Shown here: positions 20,016 through 32,800 of the stretch, piece by piece
Numbering within the stretch: the stretch's first letter is position 1
How the letters are laid out: the number at the start of each line of letters is the position of its first letter
Assembly (NCBI GenBank): GCA_963843795.1
Contig: CAWJLW010000006.1
Coordinates: 620,001 to 684,000 of the forward strand
Length of the DNA: 64,000 nt
Direction: 5' to 3'
From: an uncultured bacterium
Lineage (GTDB): Bacteria; Armatimonadota; Abditibacteriia; Abditibacteriales; Abditibacteriaceae
Program-made: the position numbers and the translations under genes
Notes under the pieces: model-generated
What the model was told of the DNA's origin: nothing
The model's input: only the letters and a program-made list of their open reading frames with translations
The model's database searches: none

Positions 20016-22757
20016 ATGTGGGATAAAACAGGCAGACGGCACGGCAACGTGTCGCTGCGTAGCGCTTCGCGCTTCGCTTTGACGCTGCAAGTACTTGCAG
20101 TGGTCTGGGCGGTTGCGATGGCGGCTCCGCAGGGTTGGATGTCGCGTGCGAGCGCTCAGGTGCCGCGCGCGGGAACTTCCATTGGCAACCAGGCTTCGGC
20201 CTCGTATACCGACGGTTCGGGCACACAGCGTACCGCGACTTCGAACCCGGTTACGACGATTGTGACTCAGGTCGCGGGCGTCGATCTCGAAGCCACACAA
20301 ACCGTGCGCGGCACCGCTGGCCAGCCAGTGTATTTTCCGCACACCGTAACCAATACTGGCAATGCGCCGGACATTTTTGGTCTCACGGCAACCGAAACTG
20401 CCGATGCAAGCAACATTCTTAATGCGGGCTTGTTGATTTTTCCCGACTCGAATCAAGACGGCCGACCCGATCCGGGCCAGCCAGCGATTACGCAATCACC
20501 GAATTTGCAGCCTGGCGAGACTTTTTCGTTCGTCGTCGCGGGCCAGATTCCCGATACCGCAACCGGCGCGCAGCCCGCGACGGTCAGCGTCACAGCGACT
20601 TCGACGGCACCCGCAGGCGCTCCGGGCACGCGCACCGATACCAACACCGATACGCTGCAATTGACGACCAATGCGGTCATCAACGTAACGAAGTCGGTGA
20701 GTTCCACGCAGGGGGCGCCGGGTAGCGGACCGTTCACCTATACCCTGAACTACACCAACAACGGTCGCATCGCCAGTGGGCCTTTGACCCTCACTGATAC
20801 CCTGCCCGCGGGCTTGACTTATGCGCCGGGCACCGGTTTCTGGAGCGTTGGCGGCACGCCGGGCACGCCCAACCTGACCGACGCACCGGGCGGAGATCCC
20901 GCTGGTATCAACTATTCGGTGACTGGCAACACGGTGACAGCGACGATTGCAAGCGTTAATCCGGGCGCCAGTTTTTATGTGTCGTTTGGTTTCAATGTGG
21001 CCGCTGGCACGTCACCAGGCGCGAAGAACAACACTGCGTCTTATACCTACGACGATGACAACAACGCGGGCACGCCAGTCATCGGCCCGGTCAACACCAA
21101 TACGGTTCCTTTCACGGTTACCGCAAGCGGTGGCGTAACGGGCACGGGCGATCCCGCTGCGGGCAACCAACCCGTGCCCCAGGGTGGACAAACCAACTTC
21201 GTTAACTCGTTTACTAATACCGGCACCGGTCCGGACACGTTCGACATCACTTATCCGGCAGTCGGTGCTGCGGGCAACAACTTTCCGATTGGCAGCGCTT
21301 TTCAATTATTTCGTGCCAGTGATGCGAGCGGCGCCAACATCGCGCCTTTGACCGATACCAACGGCAACGGCACGCCCGACACCGGCGTGCTGGCTGCGGG
21401 CGGGCAAGTCTTTATCGTGCTGCAAGTGCAACTGCCGCCCAACGCTTCGGGCACTGGCCCCTTCAACGTCAACAAAACCGCGACTTCGCCCACAACGGGC
21501 GCGACCGTGACTGTGACCGATGGCATTCCCAGCATTACACCTTCGGCGGTTGATTTGACTAACCGCGCTGGCTTAACCGTTGTCGGCGGTGGAACTGGCG
21601 TCGCGGGTGGTAACGGCCTTGGGCCGGAAGCCTCGCCGATTAACAACTACGCCCTTGCGCCGGGTGCCACGATTCGCATTCCGCTCAGCGTCACCAATGG
21701 CGGTACTTTGCCAGCCAACTATAACCTGTCGTATTCGACCACGACCGGCTTCGCTCCGCCGGTGTTGTTGCCAGCGGGCTACACGCTGAGCTTCGAGAAT
21801 CCGGCTGGCGGTGCCATCACCAACACGGGCAACGTTCCGGCTGGCGGCACGGTGAACTATGTTGCGGTGCTGACAGCTCCGGCTAACGCTGCGCCGATTA
21901 CTCAAGACATCTATTTCCGCATCGCCGAATCGAGCAACGACGGCACAGCGGGCAGCGGCGCAGTCGATGTGTTGCACGACGCTTTCACTGTCAACACGCA
22001 ACGCAGCATTTCGATTGATCCCAACAATAGCGGTCAGACTTTCCAGGGTGCTTCTGTCGTTTACTCGCACACGCTAACTAACAGTGGCAACCAAGCCGAA
22101 ACCGTGACGCTGAACGTCGCCAACAATCAGACCGGTTTTACAACCGTCAACTACATTGATGCTAATAACAGCGGCGTCATTGATGCGGGCGACACGGTGG
22201 TTCCAACAGGCGGCACGATTTCGGTTTCAGCTGGCGGCACGGTCAAAATTCTGACTCAGGTGTTCGCTCCTTCGGGCGCGGCTCCGGGCACAGTGAACGT
22301 GACCACGCTGACGGCGACCGGTGCAGGCCCTGGCGCGCCCACCAGCACAGCAACTGATACCACGACGATTGTGGCTGGCCAGTTGCGTTTGGTGAAAGAA
22401 CAGGCCGCCGATGTGAATAACGACGGCACGCCCGAAGGCGCTTATGGCACGTCCAATATCTCCGCCGCTCCGAACACGGGCGTGCGCTATCGCATCACGG
22501 TCACCAACATCGGCACGACGCAAGTCACCAATGTAGTCATCGCCGATACAACGCCGGCCTTCACCACTTACAACGCCGCGACCGGCGGCCCCAGCGCGAC
22601 TGGCCCAGCCTCCTTGCAGTTGCCCGATGGCAGCTTTCAGGCGGCCAACGTCGCACCGGCCAATAGCGGCACCGGAGCGTTGAACTTCACTCTGGCCACT
22701 CCGTTGTTGCCCGGCCAAAGCGTCATTGTGTACTTCGGTGTGCGCGTCAACGGTTAA
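20016..22757 (+). CDS. Secreted DUF11 repeat protein (candidate fibre shaft subunit)
   Basis: RBS GAGGAG; signal peptide; Thr/Gly/Asn-rich Ig-like repeats (HTVTNTGN), DxNxDG-type Ca-binding loops, one complete and one C-terminally truncated DUF11 domain. Confidence 0.88.
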   Translation: MWDKTGRRHGNVSLRSASRFALTLQVLAVVWAVAMAAPQGWMSRASAQVPRAGTSIGNQASASYTDGSGTQRTATSNPVTTIVTQVAGVDLEATQTVRGTAGQPVYFPHTVTNTGNAPDIFGLTATETADASNILNAGLLIFPDSNQDGRPDPGQPAITQSPNLQPGETFSFVVAGQIPDTATGAQPATVSVTATSTAPAGAPGTRTDTNTDTLQLTTNAVINVTKSVSSTQGAPGSGPFTYTLNYTNNGRIASGPLTLTDTLPAGLTYAPGTGFWSVGGTPGTPNLTDAPGGDPAGINYSVTGNTVTATIASVNPGASFYVSFGFNVAAGTSPGAKNNTASYTYDDDNNAGTPVIGPVNTNTVPFTVTASGGVTGTGDPAAGNQPVPQGGQTNFVNSFTNTGTGPDTFDITYPAVGAAGNNFPIGSAFQLFRASDASGANIAPLTDTNGNGTPDTGVLAAGGQVFIVLQVQLPPNASGTGPFNVNKTATSPTTGATVTVTDGIPSITPSAVDLTNRAGLTVVGGGTGVAGGNGLGPEASPINNYALAPGATIRIPLSVTNGGTLPANYNLSYSTTTGFAPPVLLPAGYTLSFENPAGGAITNTGNVPAGGTVNYVAVLTAPANAAPITQDIYFRIAESSNDGTAGSGAVDVLHDAFTVNTQRSISIDPNNSGQTFQGASVVYSHTLTNSGNQAETVTLNVANNQTGFTTVNYIDANNSGVIDAGDTVVPTGGTISVSAGGTVKILTQVFAPSGAAPGTVNVTTLTATGAGPGAPTSTATDTTTIVAGQLRLVKEQAADVNNDGTPEGAYGTSNISAAPNTGVRYRITVTNIGTTQVTNVVIADTTPAFTTYNAATGGPSATGPASLQLPDGSFQAANVAPANSGTGALNFTLATPLLPGQSVIVYFGVRVNG

Positions 22758-22997
22758 TTGCTGAGGCAAGTACTTGCCCCGCCTAAAACGTGGGGCAAGT
22801 ACTTGCAGTCCAACCCACAATTCCAGCCCCATCCAAAAGTTTCTCGTTCCTGGCGCGCATTCTCACTGCAATTATTCTTTTTCTCGCGCGTTCATCACAC
22901 AGAGAAACCGACTTGAAATTCAATAGGTTTGCGGCCCGCGCCGCGTAGCAAGTACTTGCTACACGTGCTTGCTACGTGCTCATACCGTTCGACTTCC

Positions 22998-25900
22998 ATG
23001 CGTGATTCATCATTCGCCCGTTCGCTTGTCTCGCCGCCGCGCTCGTTGAATTTGGCTGTGCGCTTTCTCATTGGCGCGTTGTGTTTGCTGTGTGCGCTGC
23101 AATCGGCGCGCGCAGCGGCACCCCTTGCGGGCACCTCGATTACCAACCGCGCCGAAGTGCGCTTTCGCGATGGCGCTTCGAATTTGCCGGTGCGTATTGA
23201 AACTAATGCTGTGACCGCCATTGTCAGTGCGATCGAAGGCATCGACCTCACCGCCGACTCGCAGCGCCGCGTCGCGCCGGGCGCGACGGTCAACTTGCCG
23301 CACCGCTTGACGAATTCCGGTAACACGCCCACAACCTATCGACTGCGTGTCACCAATAACAGTGGCGATGCTTTCGATTTGATCGATGTGCGTTTATATC
23401 GTGATATCAATGGCAACGGACGTTTCGATAGTGGCGAACCAGAGTTCACTGCGACGGATACTATCGCCCTTGATGCGGGCGAAACTGCTGATTTCGTTAT
23501 TAGTGGTCAAGTGCCGCCGACGGTTTCTCCCGACCGCAGCGCTTCCATCACTCTCAGCGCGGTTTCCACAAGCGATGGCCGCGTGACCGACAGTAATATG
23601 GATACGTTGACCGCGATTCAAGGCGTCGCGGTGACGATCTCGAAAAGTGTCACGCCCAGCAACGCTAAACAAGGCGAAAACCTCGATTACACACTTTTAG
23701 TTCAATCGCAGGGCAGCACTGCGCCCGCGTCTTATGCCGTTACCGTTAATGGTAACGCGCGCCGTTTAATTGTGGTTCGCGATACGGTTCCGGCCAATAC
23801 CAGCTTCGTGCAATGGCTCGAATCTCCCGCCGATGGTGTGCGCTTGTACCACCTCAACGGTACGCCCGAAGATTCCTATTTGTCATCGCCTCCGAGTGAG
23901 TTGAACCGTGTCGATGCGATTGCGCTGGGTTTGCCCGATTGGGGCACTGTGGGGCGTAGCGTGCAAATGCGCTTTCGCACACGCGTAAATGACAATGCCA
24001 GCGGCATCATCACTAACATTGCTCGCGTGCGTTATGGCGACCCGAACGGCAGTGGCGCGACGGTGACTGCCGACGCGATTTCCAACGCTACTGCGGTTCC
24101 TCTGGCCGAACAACCGCCAACAATCGGTTTTTTCGGTGGCCCGACTTACAATGTGCCCGCCACGCAAACTGCCATCGACACACCGCTGTTCGTGCAGGGA
24201 AACGCCGCGGCTTGCAACCAGGATCCGACGCGCGTTGAACGCAGCACGATTACCATTGCTTCGCGCGATACCGGCGATAGTGAAGTAGTGGTCGCAATTG
24301 AAACCGGTCCCAATACCGGACTTTTTCGCCTGCAGACTCCATTGCCCACACGCGATAAATCTAAATCGACCTTAGCGCCCAACGATGGCATTCTGACGAC
24401 TGCGCCGCGCGACTTGTTGACTGCGACCATCGCTTCATGCGATAACAACAGCGTTTCGGCAGCGATTGATGTCACGCCTTTTGGCGTGGTTTTCGATGCG
24501 CGCACCAATGCGCCCGTTTCCGGCGCGCGCGTAACGATTATTGATGTCACCGGCGTCACCAACGGCGGGCGGCGCGGTGAAGCCGCAATTGTCACCGGCC
24601 CGGATGGACGACCGCAACCCGCGATTGTGGTCAGCGGCAGCGATGGCACTTTTCGTTTTCCGGCCCTGCCGCCGGGCACTTATCGGGTGGCTGTCGAAGC
24701 GCCCAACGGCTACACCTTTCCTTCGCAGATTCCGCCGTCCCTGATTTCGCCCGACCGCATTATCGAACCCAACGGTTCTTATGGACGCGATTTCACTATC
24801 GCGAGCGGCGGTGGCGCGCTCGCTTTCGATGTGCCGCTCGATGGCGCGGCACCCGGCGGCTTATTTCTGGAAAAAGAAGCCTCGACACGCATTGTCGAAG
24901 TCGGCGATTTTCTGGAATATCGCATTCGCGTGCGCAACAACAGCGGCAGCGGTTTGCAGCAAGTTACGCTGAGCGACCGTTTGCCGCGCGGCTTTTCCTA
25001 TGTGCGCGGCAGTGCCAAAATCGGTGCATCCGATGGCGATGCACGCCAATACAAATCTCTGGCCGACCCCGAAGGTGGCGCTGGTCCGCTGCTGGCCTTT
25101 GCGCTGGGAGATTTGAAGGTCGACGACCAAGCCACGCTAATCTATCGCGTGCGCGTCGGCGCGGGCAGCACGCTCAATGAGCGCGCTACAAACTCGGTGC
25201 AGGCGACAGCCACTTCACCTTTTGGCTCTGTCACTTCCAATAACGCAACCGCCGAAGTGCGTATTGTTTCGGGCGTTCTCACCACACGCGGCGTGATTAT
25301 CGGCAAAGTTTTCATCGACGCCAATCGCAATCGTATTCAAGACGATGGCGAAATCGGCATCCCCGGCGTGCGCATTATTTTGGAAGACGGCACTTATGCC
25401 GTGACCGATAGCGAAGGCAAATATTCGTTGTATGGTTTGGCCGCGCGCACGCACGTCGTGAAACTTGATACGACAACGATGCCGGGCGGTTCGATTTTGG
25501 AAGCTCTCACGCAACGCCATGCGGGCAATGGTTCCAGCACTTTCGCCGAACTTAAAGCCGCAGAATTATATAAAGCCAACTTCGCTATTATCGACGCCGC
25601 GCCCGAAGTCCTGAAAGAAGTCGCCAAGCGCCGTCTGGTCGCCGAACGCGCGGGCGATGAAGCCAATGGTTTGGTCAATAATCAGCTGGCCATCGAAGGC
25701 GCGCGTGAAACCCTCAGCCCCGACCGTCGTGGTTTGGCTTCGTCAGGCACGGTGCAAACCGCGAGCAGAGGCACCACGTTAAGCAGTGCACCCGGCGGCA
25801 CTTTAGCCGCACCCGCTCCTTCGGGCACCAGCGATTTAGATAACACTTCGCTGTTCAACGGCATCAACACGCCGGGCGCTTCGGCGGTCACTTCGTCCAA

Positions 25901-28900
25901 TGGCGTTGCTGAAACCGGCCAGCGTCGCAACGCCGGTCGCCCCGTCGCGCCCAATGGCGGCGGCCCCATTGTGGCGACACAAGTCACCGAAAACGCGCCG
26001 CAGGTACTTGCACAAGCTCCCGCGCCTACCACTGAAACGCAAACTGCGACTTCCGGTGATTTGAACGCGCAGGACACGCCGCAAGTACCTGCACCCGCTG
26101 CGACAGCGCCGATTGCTGCGACAGAAAACAATACGGGTACTTCCGCGATTGAAAATGTGCCGCAAGTACTTGCCGCCCCCAACGGTGGCGGCATCGAACT
26201 TTCGACTGGCACGCTGGACGGCGATAACGGCGCGGTCATCACTAACGGCGGCGAACTGGTGCGCCGCCAGAGTCAGGAACAAATTCCCGAAGGCGCGAAC
26301 GAGCAGCCGATTCGCGAACCGATTGGCGCCAATAATTCCAATTTGCCGGTCGCGCCCGTTCGCATCGCGCCCAAAGTCAATTTCGACGAGTTGATGCCAA
26401 CGCTGACGCCCGAAGCCGGTTTTCTCGATTTGCGCGATGGCGACACACTGGCAAATTCTCAAGTCACTTTACGCATCAAAGGCTCGAATGCAGGCGCTTT
26501 GGGCCTCAGTGTAAACGGCAAAGTGGTGAACAAAGAGCGCATCGGCACGCGCAGCGTGCTGGAAAGCAAAGGCGTGGCAGCGTTTGAATACGTCGGCGTG
26601 CAATTGAATCCTGGCCCGAACGAGCTTTTGGTCGAACAATTCGATAACTTCGGCAACGTGCGCAGCAGCCAAAAAATCACCGTAATTGCTCCCGGCAAAC
26701 TGGGCGCGCTGCGCGTTTCTCTGCCCAAACAAGCCTACGCCGATGGCCGCAGTTTGACGCAGGTCGAAGTGCAAGTCGTTGATGATCGTGGCACACCCGT
26801 TTCTTCGCGCACCGCATTGACGTTGGAGACTTCATTGGGCGCGTGGCAAGTCATCGACAACAATCCGGTCGAAGCTGGTGTGCAGGTTTTCGTCGAAGGT
26901 GGGCGCGCTACATTCCCGCTTTTGGCGCCGCTCGAACCGGGCGATTCCACAGTGCGCGTCACTTCGGGCGCGCTGGGCGCAACGGCGCATCTGGCGTTCG
27001 TGCCGGAACTACGACCTTTGTTGGGCGCGGGCTTGATTGAAGGGCGCGTGGGTAGTTTCAAAGTCAAAGATGCCAAAGTCGCGGGTGGCAACGCTTTCGA
27101 TGAACAATTGCGCTCTTTTTCGGGTGGCGATAGCGGCGATGCGCAAGGCCGCGCGGCGATGTATTTCAAAGGCCGCATTCAGGGCAAGAACTTATTGACT
27201 TTGCGTTACGATACGCAGAGTGATACCGAAAACGAACGTTTGTTCCGTGACATTCAGCCGGACGAATTTTATCCAGTTTATGGCGATTCTTCGCTCAAAG
27301 GCTTCGACGCGCAATCCACTTCGCGCCTTTATGTGCGTGTTGACCGCGACCGTTCTTATGTGTTGTATGGCGATTACTCGACATCTTCGCAAACCTTAGC
27401 GCGCTCGCTGGGCGAATACCAGCGTTCTCTGACGGGCGGCAAAACGCACATCGAAAACGAGAAGTTTTCGTTCAACGCTTTTGCGGCACATGACAACACG
27501 CGCCAAATCGTGGAAGAAATTCCCGCGCAAGGTTTGTCTGGCCCGTATCGGTTGTCGAACTTTGGTCTGGTGCGGCAAAGCGAGCGCGTGGAAATTATCG
27601 TGCGCGACCGCAATCAACCTTCGGTGATTTTGCAAATCACGCCGCAGACGCGCTTCAGCGACTACACGCTGGACGGCCTGACCGATGGCATTTTGTTCCG
27701 CGCGCCGATTCCATCGCGTGATGCCAATTTGAATCCGATTTTCATCCGCGTCACTTACGAAGTCGAGCAGGGTGGCCCGCGCTTTTTCGTCGGCGGTCTG
27801 GACGGACAGGTGAAATTGGGCAAAAACTTTTCTCTCGGCGCGTCGGTTAGTACCGACCGCAATCAGGAAGACCCGTTCGATTTGCGCGCGCTGAACGCAA
27901 TTTATCGCATCAGTCCTAATACTTTGATCATTGCCGAAGCGGCTTCGACCGACCGCAAATCGGTTGGCAGCGGCAATGCGCAGCGTTTTGAACTTCTGCA
28001 CGAAGGCTCGCGCTTGCAGGCGCGCTTGTTCGCCGGTCGCGCCAGCGAAAACTTTTCCAATCCATCTTCGGTATTGACCCAAGGACGCGAAGAGTTGGCG
28101 GCGACTGCGGCTTATCGTTTGAGCGCGACATCGCAACTGCGCGCTGAAGCCTTGCGCACCAAAGACACCCAGCGCGGCGGCACGCGACAAGGCGTGCAAT
28201 TGTCCTATGAGCGCGCTTTGAGCGACGCGCTGCGCTTGGAACTGGGCATTCGCAACACTAAAGAAGATTTTTCCCAGAACACGCCCAATGCCGATGTTAC
28301 GCCAGTGAATTTCACTTCGCTGCGCGCGCGCTTGACCGGACAAGTGCCCAGTGTGCGCGATTTGAGCGTATTCACCGAATACGAGCGCGCACTCAGCGGC
28401 GATGGCCAGGCGCTTTCGGTCGGCGGGCAATATCAGTTGGGCAATCGCACGCGCTTGTATGCGGTTCACGAATTGATTTCCAGCTTGGAAGGACGCTACG
28501 CGCTCAACGATTTTCAAACCCATAACTCGACTTTGTTCGGTATTGATACCGATTACATGAAGAACGGGCGTTTGTTCTCGGAATACCGCATTCGCGATGC
28601 GATTGATGGCCGTCAGGCCGAAGCCGCATTGGGTTTGCGCAACTTGTGGAATTTGGGGCGCGGCGTGCGTTTGGGCACTTCGTTCGAGCGCGTGACCGAC
28701 TTTTCAAATCGCGCGCGGCCTCAACAGTGGCTTGTTGCCAAATAATGGCGGCACGGCGGTTTCGCTTTCGCTGGAATATGTGCCCAACGACCTGTTCAAG
28801 GCGACCGGACGTTTGGAAGGGCGCAGCGGGCAAGACCAGAATTCGTATCTCGGTTCGTTTGGCGCGGCTTACAAAGTCGGCAGCGGCTTCACGGTTTTGG

Positions 28901-29766
28901 CGCGCGATATTTTCTCGATTGTCAACACCAAAACCACCGGTTTGGTTGACCAAACCACGCTGGGCACTTATCGCAACCAGCACCGCTTTCAGATCGGCGG
29001 CGCGTATCGTCCCGTCCGCAACGACCGTTGGAATGCTTTAGCCAAATACGAATTTCGCACTGGCGAAGACCCCGACACCACGTTTAGCGGAGCTTTGCGC
29101 CGTCGCGTGCATATCGTTTCCACCGATTTCAATTATCAGCCCAGTGCTGCGACGACGTTACGTTTGCACTACGCGTGGCGCAAGTCATTTCTTGATGGCG
29201 ATTCGCTCAATTCCGGCTCCTCCGCTCATCTATTAAGCGGACGCATTCAGCGCGAATTGGGTCGCCGTTTTGAACTCGATTTGCATGGCGGGCGCTTGTT
29301 CGACCGCAGCGGCGGGCAATGGGGCGCGGGCGTTGAGTTGGCTTATTTAATGGGCCGCGATATGCAGTTGGGCTTGGGTTACAACATTCTGGGTTTCCGC
29401 GATGATGAACTAACGATAGACGAGTATTCGCGGCGCGGCGCTTATCTACGCTTGCGCTACAAGTTTGATGAAGATTTGTTGCTGCGCGGAATGCGCTCGG
29501 AAGATCGTCTGGCAAATTCTCCCAAAGGTCATGGCATCGATGCCAACGCGTTGAATAACACGCCGCTGATTGGTAGCGAAGGTTCGCCATTGAATGGTCG
29601 TCCTTATAACGATGGTGCGCGCGTTCCGGTTGCTACCAGCGATTTGCCTTTGGGTTTGCCAACCGGCAATTCGCCTGCTGCCTTGGATGCGTTGCCGGGC
29701 AGCGATGATATTGTGCAGGACGAAGCGACGGCTGAAACCGAGGTTCAAACCCAGGACGTGAAATAA
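22998..29766 (+). CDS. Very large DUF11/SdrD-like protein with C-terminal outer-membrane beta-barrel; split by a frameshift near 28710-28718
   Basis: ORFs 22929-28745 and 28732-29766 overlap. DUF11 domains, 'IIGKVFIDANRNRIQDDGEIGIPGVRI..TDSEGKYS', 'YPVYGDSS', then alternating amphipathic strands ending 'LGYNILGFRDDEL..GAYLRLRYKFDE'. Confidence 0.8.
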
Positions 29767-29848
29767 AGGGTGCAAGTACTTGCTAAGACTGTGCAAGTAC
29801 TTGCAGGCGCAAAATCAATCTTTCAATAGCCATACTCGCCGGAACATT

Positions 29849-32800
29849 ATGACTGAGACAATTTCTTCCATTCTTTCGCGCCGCGCCTTTGCATTGTGGT
29901 TTTTATTATGCTGCGTTTTGGCCAGTGCGCTGGCTAGTGCGCGTCCGGCACACGCGCAATTTCCTGATGATGGGAAATTTTATCAGGTGCGCCAAGTCGC
30001 CATAACGGGCGGCAATGCATCGCAATTGTATGTTCTCAATCGCAATACAACCACATACAGCGCTACGGCTGTGGGCGCGACAACGACTGCGGGCACCGTG
30101 TTGAACGCATTGGCATTCAACAACAGCGACCGTGGTATTTATGCGATAGAACTGGGCACCAACAATCTTTACCGTTATAGCTTGCTGGGACCGACTTTAG
30201 TTGGCTCCATTCCCAATTTGCCCAGCCAGACTTACAACTCGGGCGCTATTGATAACGGTGGTGGTCGACGCAATTATTATGTTGCCGTTTTGACCACCAG
30301 CACAATTTACCGCATCAACAACATCGATTTGGCTACGGCTGGTGTAGGTGGCGCGGTGACGGGCACTACGGTCGATACGATTCCGCTTTCGTTGCAAATT
30401 AATACCGGCGACTTCGCTGTCAGTCCAGTGGATAGCAAACTTTACGCGATTAGTGCGCAATCAAACCCACCGGTTCTCAGCATCATCGACGTCAACAGTG
30501 CGGCGGCTACCAAGCCGGTCACACAGCTCAATATTTCCGGCGTTCCCACAACGGCTTCGACGATCGGTTCGGTGTTCTTCGACATCGCTGGTAATTTGTA
30601 TGCTTACTCGAACAACGGCTTTTACTACAACATTAACCTCACAACCGGTGCGGCCACGCAACTGTCGACCGCTCCTACAACTTCGCAAAGTGACGGCGCC
30701 AGCAACGCTTATTTTCGTATTCCTTTCACGCTGACTAAAAGCGTCTCCAGCATCGTGCGTCCCAATCCGACGACTTACGACATCTCGTTTTCGGTTTTCT
30801 TGCGTAACGATGCCGCTACCAGTGCGGCTACCAACGTGCAGATTACAGAAAATCTCGACCGCGCCTTTACTTCTGGCAATCCGACTTTGAGCATTCTCAA
30901 CGCGCCTACCAACACTGCGGGTACAGCGCTGCCCACTAATGCGGCTTTTACCGGACGGCAGGCTGGCGACACGCGCTTATTAGTCGGCAACGGAACTTTA
31001 GGAGCCGGACAAAGCACCACGGTTTCTTTCACCGTGCGCGCGGTCTATCCGAACCTAGCATCGGTGCCACAGCAACAAAGCAACACGGTTTACGCTTCCT
31101 CCACTTCAACGGTGAATCCGCAGGGCTATAACGCTGGTTTTACTTTTCCCAATGACACGCCCATTCCGCCACCCGACTTGATCGGATTCGAAATTTCACC
31201 GCCCGCGCCCATTAATTTCCGCTCGATTAATGGTCGGGTTTTTGAAGACGTGAACTACGGTGGCGGCGCGGGCCGTGCGTTTGCGGCCGCAACCGGTGCC
31301 GCAGGCGTTCCCGCGGGCACGCGCGTCGAACTTTACACAGTGAGTGGCACGACCGCGACTTTTGCCGCCGCAACCACAACCGCTGCCGATGGAACTTATG
31401 CTTTCAATAACCGCGACGCCGGTGATTATTTGGTGCGTATTCCCAACGCAGGCGTGGTTTCCACGCGGCCCGTCACGACCGCAACCGGAACGCCCCTCGC
31501 TGTGCAAACATTTCGGGTTAATAACGGCGTGGCCGATGGTGCTCAAGTCGGCGGCAATGCTCCGACTCAGACCGACGCTACCAATGGCGGCGCGGGCACG
31601 ACCATTAACACCACAACCGGCGCGATTAGTGGCGGCGGCGTCAGTGGAACGGTTGCACAAACCATTGGGCGCCTCACGCTGGGCAACGCCGATGCGGGTA
31701 ACCTCGATTTCGGTTTCAATTTCGATACCATTGTCAACACCAACAATTTGGGTCAAGGCTCGCTGCGCCAGTTCATTGTCAACTCGAACCGTCTGGCTAA
31801 CGCGGGTCTAGCTCAGGTCGGGCAAACTGCGGGCGTCGAAAGCACGATTTTTATGGTGCCCGCCGCTCAACTGACGAGTGGAGTGGCGCGCATTACAGTG
31901 ACAACCACCAATTTGCCAGCAATTACCGACACCTTTACTTCGATTAACGGTGCCACGCAAACCGCTGGCATTGGCAATACCAACACGGCAATTCTGGGAA
32001 CCGGCGGCACCGTTGGCATTGATGCCCTGACGTTGAGCACGGTGCAAGGGCCGGAAGTCGAAATCGTCGATGGCGATGGGCGCTCAATTGGTTTGACTGT
32101 GGCAGCCAACGATGCCACAGTGCGTGGTCTGGCGATTTATGGTTTTGGCAACACGGCCAATGACGACGCCAACGCCAACATTTTAATCGGCGATTTCTTG
32201 CGCGCGCTGGTCGAGAATTCGATTGTCGGCAGTCCGGCGCCAACTTTCAGCGATCCGGGTGCAGCCGCACGTTCGGGCGGCGATAACATTCGTTCGGTCG
32301 GTGGCGATAACGGTACCATTCGCAACAACCTGATTGGTTTCAGTGCGGGCAAAGGTGTGGGTCTGGAAAACGGTTCTACAGGTTGGTCGGTTACCAACAA
32401 CGAAGTGCGTGGCAACGCTATAGGCAATCCGAGCTTAGACGGAATTGACATCGAAAACGCTGGTTCGGGCAATGCGACCGTGAGTGGCAACCTGTTCATC
32501 AATAATGGCGGGGTTGGCATCGATGGTTATCAGGGCGGCGGCGGCAATAGCATCGTCAACAACACGGTCAACGGCAACGGACGCGGTCTGGGCACCGTCC
32601 CTGAAACCGCCGGTGTGCGCTTATACAGCAGCAACAACACGGTTGATCGCAACATCATCTTCGATAATGGCGGCGCGGGCATTATGGTGACCGACGGTGG
32701 TCAAAACAATCTCATCACGCGCAACTCGATTTATGCTAATGGTTCGCGCACCAGCCCCGAACAAATCGGCATCGACCTGCTTGAAACCGGTCAGGATGTC

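Noticed and set aside
28700..28745. Programmed ribosomal frameshift in the barrel gene
   Set aside because: No canonical slippery heptamer is seen, and similar indels in unrelated genes point to sequence error.
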